From: Balanoglossus misakiensis
Lineage: Eukaryota; Animalia; Hemichordata
Assembly (NCBI GenBank): GCA_040954595.2
Contig: CM082581.2
Span: forward strand, 10,353,099 to 10,417,098
Reading direction: 5' to 3'
Length of the DNA: 64,000 nucleotides
Part shown: positions 27,721 to 41,500 of the stretch, one piece after another
Position numbering within the stretch: the stretch's first letter is position 1
How the letters are laid out: each line of letters opens with the position of its first letter
Notes under the pieces: generated by a model
Databases searched by the model: none
The model's input: only the letters and a program-made list of their open reading frames with translations
Told to the model about the DNA's origin: nothing
Translations under genes and position numbers: made by a program

Positions 27721-28921
27721 GAAAGTAAATTATGTTAAAGTTTTGATTGGCAAATCGTGATAAGTTTACATGTTCAAATCTTCTCTTTAAGAGAAACAGA
27801 TGACCATACAATGATAAGAGACTATGAAGTCAAACTTTAAGATATCAGTCACTGGTACCAACTCAAAACAGCCTACATACATCTTTCATTCCATCAACAA
27901 TACTTGCCACAAGCACGCCAATCAGCCACACTTACACACCTACAATGAATGACAAGTCTTTATGGCAGAGAAGTTGGCATCAGAGAAGAAATATGTCTGG
28001 CAGGAAACTTACTGACTAAAAATTGTATTGCATAAAAAGTACTTAAAAGGACCATACATACATTGACCACTTAAACCCAACACTTCCAAATATATACGAC
28101 ATAACACTATCTTTCACACACTATTAATCTCAAATATATGCCACTTGGATAAAAACCATATTATCAATAAAATCCAAAATATTTTCATTATATTTCCCAT
28201 TAATAAATATGTTGCTTTTGAAGACAATACAATAAATAATTTTATCTTGCATAAATGAATATTTAAATTTGTGTGACCAGTCCCACAATTTAAAACACTC
28301 AAATTTTTGTTTTGTTCAGGTGCATTTGGTAAAATGTCTAATGCATACTATGCAGTAGTGAATTGTTACATGAAGATATCCTATGGATTCCAGCAGTGTG
28401 ACATCATAGGACTGGTGGTGGTTGCATAATATGAACAACATGTGAGTATTACATGTTAGAAGAAACAATATAAAACTTAGCAGCAGAGAAGTATTCAACT
28501 TGACATTTCAAAACTATACCCTTTTGGGAAAATAAAAGAGTATGAGTTTACTCTTCAGTGTGTGAGGAGTGTGAGTCTGCGTGTGTGTGTGTGTGTAAAA
28601 TGATATGTACAGTACTTAGGAGTACATACCTAGGTGTATAAGAATGCCATTTTCTTTTATGTACAAGACGGCAAAGATGTTATTTTTGTGGACGATTTCT
28701 TGTTTCTTGGCTCAGGAAAGAATGGATGCTTTCACCCCCATTTTCCAGTATACAGGTCCACAAATTCCATGTCAAGAAACTGGGTGGAACCACTGGTTGG
28801 AGGTGAAAGGTATCACCCAATTAAAAGCCACTAAATTCACATGATAAAATCTGGACTAAAGAAGTGACGTTAATTCACTGAAGAGAGGGTAAAGTTTTAA
28901 AAGTACAATTTTAAGTTTTCT

Positions 28922-31900
28922 TTATCTATGCTCGGTTGATAACGTAATTTCTTTGTGCAGTTTGACATTCAGCGATGGTGGTTTGTCGTCGGTCTTCTCG
29001 CCGATGCTGATGGGAAGTTCGAAAATGACACCTCTGATGTGACAGTTGCCTGTCTTCTCACAGAAGTACAGCATACACTCCACTTTGACGCACGTCTCCA
29101 CGCCAGACAGCACTTCAGGCACTTGTAAGTTGATCTTTGGCTGTTGGTTGAGTTTGGTGATCTTTCCTCGTAGTCTCTGAGACTCGTTCACCAAGGCACT
29201 AGCTTCATCACCTTCGGAGGAAAATGAGGGTAAATTATTCTGATAGAGAAATTGAGAATTGTTTCTGTCTGTCAAGCCATCTGCCTACGTGTTCACTCAC
29301 TCACTTACTTGCCCATTCAAACAACCCCTTACTTACTTTCCAGCAATATCTGCCATCCAGTCGGAGCCCCAGGTGTCAAGGCCAAGCCGACTGACAACTC
29401 AATGTCAAGTTCAACTTCAATGGTGGTTGCTGGAGACACATGCAATGCATCTTGTTTAGTGACCGGTGTACTGACAGGCGTCAAGCGTTTCTTCTTCTTA
29501 CTTCCACTGGCGTCCACTTCCGTCTCTGGTGATTCCATGGGAATCACGATTTTTAACTGTGAGTTTAAAAACATACAGCAAGTGTTAGAAAGTGGCACTG
29601 TCATTTTTAGAAACACAATTTTGTTTTCCTTATTTTTTCCACGTCATTGACTTCTAGATCATGACAGGAGTGATAGTAAATAGTCCTATCTGTATGAAAC
29701 CCTGATTATAAGTGAACTAGACAGGTTGCACAACTTACTTGCTTGACTTGTTTACTTTCCAAGTCCATTGTCCTGATTTGGTTATTGTTGGTATCAGATA
29801 TGTATAAAGTCTTTCCATCTGGGCTCAGACACAGACCACCTGGTTCGTTGAACTCTACGCCATCAGGTTCAGATCCGTCTCTCAGACCCGCCTGGCCAGT
29901 CCCTGCTAATGTGGTACAGATTTTCAGGAATGGATCTACAACTTTGATCTGCGAAGAAAAATAAAGTAACATTGTGTTGTTTGTCATTTGCAAACAGTTC
30001 TTCAAAATTGCAAGAACAGTGTTCAAATGCATCAAACTGTTCAACATATACAGACATGTACATAAAAGTACAGACTAGTGTGCAAGAAAAGAACAAAGTC
30101 CAGTCATGTCTCTTACCTTGTGATTGTAAGAGTCAGCTATGTAGAGCTTTTCATCGTGTTTATTCCACGACACAGCCAGGGGGTGCTGCAACTTGGCATC
30201 CCAGCCTTTACCATCCACGTCTCCGAATGCAAATAAGTCCTTCAGAAACAAAGAACATGAGCTAGTATAAGTTACCCCCGGTACAGTGACAAAACACTGA
30301 TGTACTTCTGTGCACACCATAACTCAGTATCACAGTTCCAGAGTCCCTCCCAATTACAGCCCTGATATAACACCACTACACCCACCATAGGATCCATAGC
30401 CCCTCCAACCACTGCCTTGGTTGCGCCATCCTTCATGGACACCGTCCGTATGCTGCTGCTTTCACTGTCAGCGACAAACAAACAGTTGAGTTTTTCCTCA
30501 GTGGCCACGGTCAGCCCGGACGGTTGCGCGAACGATGCTTTGTGGGGATAACTGTTGTTCCGATTCTCTTCGTTTCCACTTCCAGCAAATCTCACACAGC
30601 TGCCTTTCTTGTAGTGGCTGCAAGGAAGACAAGTCAAGTTGAAGACTACTTTCTATTCACATTTTTACCAGTTTATTTTAGCAAACATTTGAAAATTTTC
30701 CTGCGATTTCACATTCATTACCTAGACTTTACCTAACTAGGTATAAAGTTCCGAAAAATGAAATATTTTGTCCCACAATAAGGGGTTAAGCGATAGTGTG
30801 AAAATAATTAGCATGTTTAAATAAGCCATTCCCCAGTACAATGGTGCATGTGTATAGTAATCCATTATACTTGGCAGACACACAAGAAATGTACACTGTA
30901 TACTTTAGTCGAATGCTATTGAGGTCACCTCAAGAGGTCACCGCCATTGTGAGATAGAGGTTGCTTATTTGAATAGAATGCCAACAGGGCCTTGCATCAT
31001 TCACCATACTTATACATTCCATTCCATTCAAGTGTCAGTTTACCTGTACATGAACGATCAACGGCAGCTACTGAACAAAACCATGCAGGTCACTTCGAGA
31101 CCTGGTCATGTTGTTGGTTCAAGATAAGAAGCAGGCATATGCCAAGTAATTCATTTAGACTGGTGTTTGGCGTTGATCATATAAATGCACTTTTTACTAT
31201 ATCAGAAGGCATTTTATCAGTAGTACTGGTTGATAACCAGTGGTTAGTGTGTCTAAGAAACCAATGATTGAAAGTTTCATTTACATACATGTATGTATGT
31301 ATACAGACTGTTTAGCTGAGTGAGTGAAATTTCTGAGGTAGTCTAATAAACTATGGATTACAATCTTCAAGGAAAAAAACCCTCACCTTCCTTTAAGCCA
31401 GCTGGCATCATCCATGAAATAAACCCATATCTGATGAGTTCCAGCCATTGCAATGTACAGGATATCCACGTGGTCACTTCCAGGAGAGCTGCCAAGAACC
31501 AGATCCCAGGGTGAACTGATCGGCTGCAGTCGGCCGATGGCGCCGCCTTCCTTGTCATTTCCTATCACCCCTGTTCCAACCAGTGTGGTCACTTCCCGGT
31601 TGTTCAAATCAATCTGTAAAGTAGGAAAACATTTATGAAGGAAATCATGATGTGAAATCGTGATGTGAATCAGATTTCTGTTTCAGTTGGCGGAAAACAG
31701 CTCTTCCATCTTGGCTGTACTTGGCTAACATGTCAGAATCTACATTGTGTATTAACCCCCCCCCCCCCCCTTCCCTATGTGATCAGTGACCAATCCAATG
31801 CAAGTGTTCACTGTGCACAGTGAATTCAAATTTCAAAGCATACCATACCTGTCTTATGGCATGGTTATCTGTATCAGCTACATAGATGCAATCTTCGTGG

Positions 31901-34488
31901 CACACCACTCCTTGAGGAGAATGGAACCTGGCCTCTTCAAAACTGCCATCGTTGAATCCACTGCTGCAACCGCCAATGCATTCTTTGACCACTCCTCCCA
32001 TGGACGTGATGAGGATCCGATGGTGCCCGCTGTCAGAAATCACCAGGTTCTCCCCGGACGAATCCAGGCTGATCTTGCCGGGGAAGGACAACGGCGTGGG
32101 AGGGAGGGAATCCTTGATGGGCGCGATCGGAATACTGTGGTTGCTCAGCATGCCCTTGGCCTTGTAGCAGTCCACGGCTATCCTGATGAAGTCCATCAAC
32201 TTCTCCCGGTTGCCCTCTCCGGCGATCGTCAGCAGGACGTCTCCTTCGGGGCTGAGGACCACGAACGTCGGCCAACACTGGATCTGCAGAGTCTGCCAGA
32301 GCGCCGCATCGTGGTCGTTGACAACAGCGTGGGAGATATCGTATCTCAAGACGGCGGACAGAATGTTGGCTGACAGCTTCTCGTTGGGGAACTTGGCCGA
32401 GTGTACTCCGATGACAACCACACCATCTTCAATGCTGTACTGCTCCTCGATGGCTTCCAGATCAGGTAGGACATGCATGCAGTTGATACAACAGTACGTG
32501 AAGAAATCCAAGATGACGATTTTGCCACGGAGTTCATTGTGTAGTGATAAGGGCTGTGTTGTGTTCAACCATTCTAAACCTGAAAGTGGAAAACAACTAT
32601 TGTCAAGAAATTACTTCTATTTTGCTGAAACTTGTCTGTACCTGTCACCTGTTTCCAACCTACGTATGCATTGGCCTAAAAGGTCATTTGCCTCATAATT
32701 CATTCACAACCAAGCAAGCAGGTAAACTGTTGCAATCGCTTTCTTTGTGTTGCCGTATTGTGCCATCACGAAGAGTTGTCTTTGGACATTGCGCATCAAT
32801 TGAAACTCAGTGTGCCGTGAACATATGGGAGATCAGAATTCAACGGGACAAAAAGCAACAACGATCAAAGGTCTCTGCCCAGCCATATTTTTGTCAGTCA
32901 GATGTCAAAAGTTACTCTTCAACTAAGATTCTATGAAGCAACACAGAAGCAAGTGATGAAATACACATGTATATTTTTCTCACCACTAACTACTGTCCTT
33001 TTCAATGTGGAGCTTTCAGAAAGAATAAACCCCAGAACTTGTTGTGTTGTTACATGTTCATGTACTTTATATTTATGACACGACCTTGAACACATTGTTT
33101 TTACAACACTTTATCTAAATGCCGGATGCAATCCTGTCAATTCAGTGGCAGACTCTGAACTGTTGATTACCATAATACACAGACCTGAACAGAGTAGACA
33201 GATGGGTATATGCACGCCTAGCTCACGCCACATATTTTTTACTGATAAGCACATAATGAGCTTGTCATTTGTTCACATACCATCTTTAAACTGATCCAGT
33301 GAGCTAACTAACACACCTGACTAAATTTGAAAGCAAATATAAAAGAGCTTTCCAGGGAATATGCATATTATATATTCATGTCATGAGCATGCATCAATGA
33401 CTGACGTAATGTCTTGTACTACATGAGAAAAATGCATTGTTGTATTTTTTATATATATTTTATTTTTAATAGACTGGCGTTCCTTTGATCAATTTCAGTC
33501 TTTAACAAATATGATGGTGACATTGGAACTTCTATTAGCACAGGTGGCAGATTACTGGCCATTCCACCTTGAAAAAATTAGTTTCCCTTTTTTATCACTT
33601 AACCCACTGTAGTTGACATAATTTAATTATTTCAATGGATAAACATTATGGTGCCCTGGGGGAAATGATAGCAATTGCAATTGTATAGACCATGGTAAAC
33701 AATCCATGCTGAATTGCTATGGTTACCTTTCCTGGGACATCAATGTCAACATGAACAATGATGATGAATCAAAATAGCACTTGCATTCTTTGAATGATAA
33801 TGTATAAACAAAATACTAAAATGTTGACTTTCGTTAAAACTGTGGGAAATAAGTTCTATTTATGTTACTTGCGTCAATTTTCTGATAGTTATGATAAGAG
33901 GAACCAGCGTTGTATTTATGATAATGTACACAACCGGGAGTGTCATTTCCCAAGGGTCGATCGTTGCCAACATCTAATCGCGGATCTGAGCAATACCTAC
34001 AATATGACCATATAAGGACATGCCGAACACAACCACAGCGATACATCATATCGCCCTTCTGCTACATTGTTCAGCTGTGGCTTCGAAGAATGGTAGAATT
34101 TAGCTCAGAAAATACACATTAAAAACTCGATTTCACCTAAATTGGAGACACGTACTGAATTTTCATTACAACTAGTAAATCTCGCTTCGTGACGCCGCAA
34201 CTGTCGTGCGATCTGTTGCGTTCAGCTTGCGATGTTGACATTTCGGAATTTCAAACTCAGCGCTGTAGCGCGTAGCACAGTACAAACTCCGGCGTACTGA
34301 GAGAAACATTTTACAAACAACATACCTTGCTTGAAATCAGGCACGAATACTTTATCTTGGCTGTTGGCTATCTTGTCGATGTACTCATATATAACGGCAT
34401 CGCGTTGTTCCTGCGTCGTGGCGTCGATTAAACTAGCTTCCAGTTTGTTTCCCGCTGATATTACTTTCGACGTATCCACCGTCGCCAT
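28922..34488 (-). CDS. NHLRC2: NHL repeat-containing protein 2 (thioredoxin-like + NHL beta-propeller), 8 exons, ~731 aa
   Basis: Exons 34488-34326 (MATVDTSK...PDFKQ), 32579-31849 (GLEWLN...[25 protein letters not shown]...[13 protein letters not shown]), 31613-31387, 30617-30386 ([26 protein letters not shown]), 30239-30117 ([10 protein letters not shown]...KLQHPL), 29948-29739, 29556-29337, 29211-28922. The YCCINC motif and NHL repeats are characteristic of NHLRC2. Confidence 0.96.
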
Positions 34489-35379
34489 TTTCGCCGTTTG
34501 TTTGTGCGTGGTTTCGCAACACCACAACAACTCAAGTTTGGGGCGTAACACCGGTAGCATATTGCGTGCGGGTGACCTGATAGGGACAGGTCACGCTCGC
34601 TAAGTCAAAATAACTGTATCTTCTGTCGCTTCTTATCTGCTTGAAGATTAGCGGAAAACCAGCAAGAGTGCAAGGAAAAGCCTATCACCTCCCGGATGAT
34701 AGGCAAACAAGTGAAACTACCCACTCCGACGGTCTGTCTGTGAAAGTGCGCGCGCGCCCCATGATCTTGTCATGCATGTTGTGCAGAATATAAAGTAGCG
34801 CATTGTGCGTGCAGTATGATTTAGACACGATTATCACAGTTTATAACGTACGCTTAAGTAAAACACGGGAAAGATTCCTTTACTTCCTGTCATTTTCAAG
34901 TAAAAGGTGTGGAAAAAACTTCTTCAGCGTAAACTTCTTGTGATAACAAGTTTGATAAGTTCCTGAAAACTTAGTTCACTAGTCCAGCCAGAATGCCTTT
35001 TAATTGCATTCAGGTTAAGCGCAACGTTTAAAAGATGATGTAAAAAAATCTCAGAGCATCCCAAGTATGTACATTTAGAGAAAAAGAGATACCCTTTGAA
35101 ATAGACTGTCACCCAGTCACCAGTGTCTATCCGTGTAATGTGGTCACGTTGAATGATTATCTTTGAAGTAAAGTTGCCCTATACATGATATGCCGCGCGC
35201 GGCCCAATTCTAGTGCAAACCGTTTTTTATTCACCAGAGTTTTCTTTTTTTCCCGATATTTAGAGATTGATAGAACATCTAGTATTTGTCCTTTAAATTC
35301 GTGAAATGAAATGAAACTCCATGAAATGGTGTGCGCCATCTACCGGTGGCATTCGCGTCACTGACGTAAATCTCACCTG

Positions 35380-35554
35380 GGGCGCATTCGATTTGCACGA
35401 TCATGATTGTGATTGGCCAATCGTGATCGTGATTACGCGTTCGAATACGCCCAATCATAATCATGATTGACAATCACAACAATCATGCCTCCGAGCGTGA
35501 TTGTTGTGATTAAACACACAAAAATGGCGGACGACGCAGCAGCCGGTACCGCCC
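35380..35554. mobile_element. candidate internally deleted PIF/Harbinger-like element with palindromic left end
   Basis: Begins GGGCGCATTCGA and ends CGCCC, flanked by CTG on both sides (35377-35379, 35555-35557), consistent with a 3-bp CWG TSD. It has an internal inverted repeat (GGGCGCATTCGA / TTCGAATACGCCC ending 35452) and repeated ATCATGAT/GATTGTGATT motifs. The terminal match is only 5 bp. Confidence 0.45.
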
Positions 35555-38500
35555 CTGATTCCATGTCATTAGTATCTCACTATGTCATGTGCGAATCTAT
35601 CTGGCAATGTACGCGCTTGGTGTCTATACTGGTGAAAAATTTGTTTTATTAATTTAGTCTGTTAGAGATGATTTTATTTAGACTGGAATTAAATTTACTA
35701 GTATCTCGGATTAGTACATTGGCAAATCCCACAGTCCTTTGCGCAAATCAAAATGGCGGCGCCCAATGTAAAAGTTTCTAACATTCCAACACTTGGTGGC
35801 GACATTTACGATTCCAACTGGTTCATGTCGTTAGTATCTCACTATGTCATGTGCGAATCTATCTGGCAATGTACGCGCTTGGTGTCTATACTGGTGAAAA
35901 ATTTGTTTTATTAATTTAGTCTGTTAGAGATGATTTTATTTAGACTGGAATTAAATTTACTAGTATCTCGGATTAGTACATTGGCAAATCCCACAGTCCT
36001 TTGCGCAAATCAAAATGGCGGCGCCCAATGTAAAAGTTTCTAACATTCCAACACTTGGTGGCGACATTTACGATTCCAACTGGTTCATGTCGTTAGTATC
36101 TCACTATGTCATGTGCGAATCTATCTGGCAATGTACGCGCTTGGTGTCTATACTGGTGAAAAATTTGTTTTATTAATTTAGTCTGTTAGAGATGATTTTA
36201 TTTAGACTGGAATTAAATTTACTAGTATCTCGGATTTGTACATTGGCAAATCCCACAGTCCTTTGCGCAAATCAAAATGGCGGCGCCCAATGTAAAAGTT
36301 TCTAACATTCCAACACTTGGTGGCGACATTTACGATTCCAACTGGTTCATGTCGTTAGTATCTCACTATGTCATGTGCGAATCTATCTGGCAATGTACGC
36401 GCTTGGTGTCTATACTGGTGAAAAATTTGTTTTATTAATTTAGTCTGTTAGAGATGATTTTATTTAGACTGGAATTAAATTTACTAGTATCTCGGATTAA
36501 TACATTGGCAAATCCCACAGTCCTTTGCGCAAATCAAAATGGCGGCGCCTGTATATGTACGTCCTCGCCTCGCATAAAGTTAAAAAAGTGTCCGTTTAAC
36601 AAGTTGTGAGACGTTTTGTGGCGATTCTTTGTCCCGTATGAATGAATTGTGAATGATAACGGCGATCGGTGCACGAATTTTGGTCCACAGATGGAAATTT
36701 CTTGTCGAAACCACTGCGTTATAAATATCACTCGCGCACTGCATTGGATGACGTCACGAAAGTTTCTAACATTCTAACCCTTGGTGGCGACATTTACGAT
36801 TCCAACTGGTTCATGTCGTTAGTATCTCACTATGTCATGTGCGAATCTATCTGGCAATGTACGCGCTTGGTGTCTATACTGGTGAAAAATTTGTTTTATT
36901 AATTTAGTCTGTTAGAGATGATTTTATTTAGACTGGAATTAAATTTACTAGTATCTCGGATTAGTACATTGGCAAATCCCACAGTCCTTTGCGCAAATCA
37001 AAATGGCGGCGCCCAATGTAAAAGTTTCTAACATTCCAACACTTGGTGGCGACATTTACGATTCCAACTGGTTCATGTCGTTAGTATCTCACTATGTCAT
37101 GTGCGAATCTATCTGGCAATGTACGCGCTTGGTGTCTATACTGGTGAAAAATTTGTTTTATTAATTTAGTCTGTTAGAGATGATTTTATTTAGACTGGAA
37201 TTAAATTTACTAGTATCTCGGATTAGTACATTGGCAAATCCCACAGTCCTTTGCGCAAATCAAAATGGCGGCGCCCAATGTAAAAGTTTCTAACATTCCA
37301 ACACTTGGTGGCGACATTTACGATTCCAACTGGTTCATGTCGTTAGTATCTCACTATGTCATGTGCGAATCTATCTGGCAATGTACGCGCTTGGTGTCTA
37401 TACTGGTGAAAAATTTGTTTTATTAATTTAGTCTGTTAGAGATGATTTTATTTAGACTGGAATTAAATTTACTAGTATCTCGGATTAATACATTGGCAAA
37501 TCCCACAGTCCTTTGCGCAAATCAAAATGGCGGCGCCTGTATATGTACGTCCTCGCCTCGCATAAAGTTAAAAAAGTGTCCGTTTAACAAGTTGTGAGAC
37601 GTTTTGTGGCGATTCTTTGTCCCGTATGAATGAATTGTGAATGATAACGGCGATCGGTGCACGAATTTTGGTCCACAGATGGAAATTTCTTGTCGAAACC
37701 ACTGCGTTATAAATATCACTCGCGCACTGCATTGGATGACGTCACGAAAGTTTCTAACATTCTAACCCTTGGTGGCGACATTTACGATTCCAACTGGTTC
37801 ATGTCGTTAGTATCTCACTATGTCATGTGCGAATCTATCTGGCAATGTACGCGCTTGGTGTCTATACTGGTGAAAAATTTGTTTTATTAATTTAGTCTGT
37901 TAGAGATGATTTTATTTAGACTGGAATTAAATTTACTAGTATCTCGGATTAGTACATTGGCAAATCCCACAGTCCTTTGCGCAAATCAAAATGGCGGCGC
38001 CCAATGTAAAAGTTTCTAACATTCCAACACTTGGTGGCGACATTTACGATTCCAACTGGTTCATGTCGTTAGTATCTCACTATGTCATGTGCGAATCTAT
38101 CTGGCAATGTACGCGCTTGGTGTCTATACTGGTGAAAAATTTGTTTTATTAATTTAGTCTGTTAGAGATGATTTTATTTAGACTGGAATTAAATTTACTA
38201 GTATCTCGGATTAGTACATTGGCAAATCCCACAGTCCTTTGCGCAAATCAAAATGGCGGCGCCCAATGTAAAAGTTTCTAACATTCCAACACTTGGTGGC
38301 GACATTTACGATTCCAACTGGTTCATGTCGTTAGTATCTCACTATGTCATGTGCGAATCTATCTGGCAATGTACGCGCTTGGTGTCTATACTGGTGAAAA
38401 ATTTGTTTTATTAATTTAGTCTGTTAGAGATGATTTTATTTAGACTGGAATTAAATTTACTAGTATCTCGGATTAATACATTGGCAAATCCCACAGTCCT

Positions 38501-41500
38501 TTGCGCAAATCAAAATGGCGGCGCCTGTATATGTACGTCCTCGCCTCGCATAAAGTTAAAAAAGTGTCCGTTTAACAAGTTGTGAGACGTTTTGTGGCGA
38601 TTCTTTGTCCCGTATGAATGAATTGTGAATGATAACGGCGATCGGTGCACGAATTTTGGTCCACAGATGGAAATTTCTTGTCGAAACCACTGCGTTATAA
38701 ATATCACTCGCGCACTGCATTGGATGACGTCACGAAAGTTTCTAACATTCTAACCCTTGGTGGCGACATTTACGATTCCAACTGGTTCATGTCGTTAGTA
38801 TCTCACTATGTCATGTGCGAATCTATCTGGCAATGTACGCGCTTGGTGTCTATACTGGTGAAAAATTTGTTTTATTAATTTAGTCTGTTAGAGATGATTT
38901 TATTTAGACTGGAATTAAATTTACTAGTATCTCGGATTAGTACATTGGCAAATCCCACAGTCCTTTGCGCAAATCAAAATGGCGGCGCCCAATGTAAAAG
39001 TTTCTAACATTCCAACACTTGGTGGCGACATTTACGATTCCAACTGGTTCATGTCGTTAGTATCTCACTATGTCATGTGCGAATCTATCTGGCAATGTAC
39101 GCGCTTGGTGTCTATACTGGTGAAAAATTTGTTTTATTAATTTAGTCTGTTAGAGATGATTTTATTTAGACTGGAATTAAATTTACTAGTATCTCGGATT
39201 AGTACATTGGCAAATCCCACAGTCCTTTGCGCAAATCAAAATGGCGGCGCCCAATGTAAAAGTTTCTAACATTCCAACACTTGGTGGCGACATTTACGAT
39301 TCCAACTGGTTCATGTCGTTAGTATCTCACTATGTCATGTGCGAATCTATCTGGCAATGTACGCGCTTGGTGTCTATACTGGTGAAAAATTTGTTTTATT
39401 AATTTAGTCTGTTAGAGATGATTTTATTTAGACTGGAATTAAATTTACTAGTATCTCGGATTAATACATTGGCAAATCCCACAGTCCTTTGCGCAAATCA
39501 AAATGGCGGCGCCTGTATATGTACGTCCTCGCCTCGCATAAAGTTAAAAAAGTGTCCGTTTAACAAGTTGTGAGACGTTTTGTGGCGATTCTTTGTCCCG
39601 TATGAATGAATTGTGAATGATAACGGCGATCGGTGCACGAATTTTGGTCCACAGATGGAAATTTCTTGTCGAAACCACTGCGTTATAAATATCACTCGCG
39701 CACTGCATTGGATGACGTCACGAAAGTTTCTAACATTCTAACCCTTGGTGGCGACATTTACGATTCCAACTGGTTCATGTCGTTAGTATCTCACTATGTC
39801 ATGTGCGAATCTATCTGGCAATGTACGCGCTTGGTGTCTATACTGGTGAAAAATTTGTTTTATTAATTTAGTCTGTTAGAGATGATTTTATTTAGACTGG
39901 AATTAAATTTACTAGTATCTCGGATTAGTACATTGGCAAATCCCACAGTCCTTTGCGCAAATCAAAATGGCGGCGCCCAATGTAAAAGTTTCTAACATTC
40001 CAACACTTGGTGGCGACATTTACGATTCCAACTGGTTCATGTCGTTAGTATCTCACTATGTCATGTGCGAATCTATCTGGCAATGTACGCGCTTGGTGTC
40101 TATACTGGTGAAAAATTTGTTTTATTAATTTAGTCTGTTAGAGATGATTTTATTTAGACTGGAATTAAATTTACTAGTATCTCGGATTAGTACATTGGCA
40201 AATCCCACAGTCCTTTGCGCAAATCAAAATGGCGGCGCCCAATGTAAAAGTTTCTAACATTCCAACACTTGGTGGCGACATTTACGATTCCAACTGGTTC
40301 ATGTCGTTAGTATCTCACTATGTCATGTGCGAATCTATCTGGCAATGTACGCGCTTGGTGTCTATACTGGTGAAAAATTTGTTTTATTAATTTAGTCTGT
40401 TAGAGATGATTTTATTTAGACTGGAATTAAATTTACTAGTATCTCGGATTAATACATTGGCAAATCCCACAGTCCTTTGCGCAAATCAAAATGGCGGCGC
40501 CTGTATATGTACGTCCTCGCCTCGCATAAAGTTAAAAAAGTGTCCGTTTAACAAGTTGTGAGACGTTTTGTGGCGATTCTTTGTCCCGTATGAATGAATT
40601 GTGAATGATAACGGCGATCGGTGCACGAATTTTGGTCCACAGATGGAAATTTCTTGTCGAAACCACTGCGTTATAAATATCACTCGCGCACTGCATTGGA
40701 TGACGTCACGAAAGTTTCTAACATTCTAACCCTTGGTGGCGACATTTACGATTCCAACTGGTTCATGTCGTTAGTATCTCACTATGTCATGTGCGAATCT
40801 ATCTGGCAATGTACGCGCTTGGTGTCTATACTGGTGAAAAATTTGTTTTATTAATTTAGTCTGTTAGAGATGATTTTATTTAGACTGGAATTAAATTTAC
40901 TAGTATCTCGGATTAGTACATTGGCAAATCCCACAGTCCTTTGCGCAAATCAAAATGGCGGCGCCCAATGTAAAAGTTTCTAACATTCCAACACTTGGTG
41001 GCGACATTTACGATTCCAACTGGTTCATGTCGTTAGTATCTCACTATGTCATGTGCGAATCTATCTGGCAATGTACGCGCTTGGTGTCTATACTGGTGAA
41101 AAATTTGTTTTATTAATTTAGTCTGTTAGAGATGATTTTATTTAGACTGGAATTAAATTTACTAGTATCTCGGATTAGTACATTGGCAAATCCCACAGTC
41201 CTTTGCGCAAATCAAAATGGCGGCGCCCAATGTAAAAGTTTCTAACATTCCAACACTTGGTGGCGACATTTACGATTCCAACTGGTTCATGTCGTTAGTA
41301 TCTCACTATGTCATGTGCGAATCTATCTGGCAATGTACGCGCTTGGTGTCTATACTGGTGAAAAATTTGTTTTATTAATTTAGTCTGTTAGAGATGATTT
41401 TATTTAGACTGGAATTAAATTTACTAGTATCTCGGATTAATACATTGGCAAATCCCACAGTCCTTTGCGCAAATCAAAATGGCGGCGCCTGTATATGTAC

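Noticed and set aside
31786-32698. Plus-strand 195-aa and 170-aa ORFs overlapping NHLRC2 exon 2 (and similar antisense ORFs over the cluster genes)
   Set aside because: These are antisense shadows of GC-rich coding sequence with no independent motifs.
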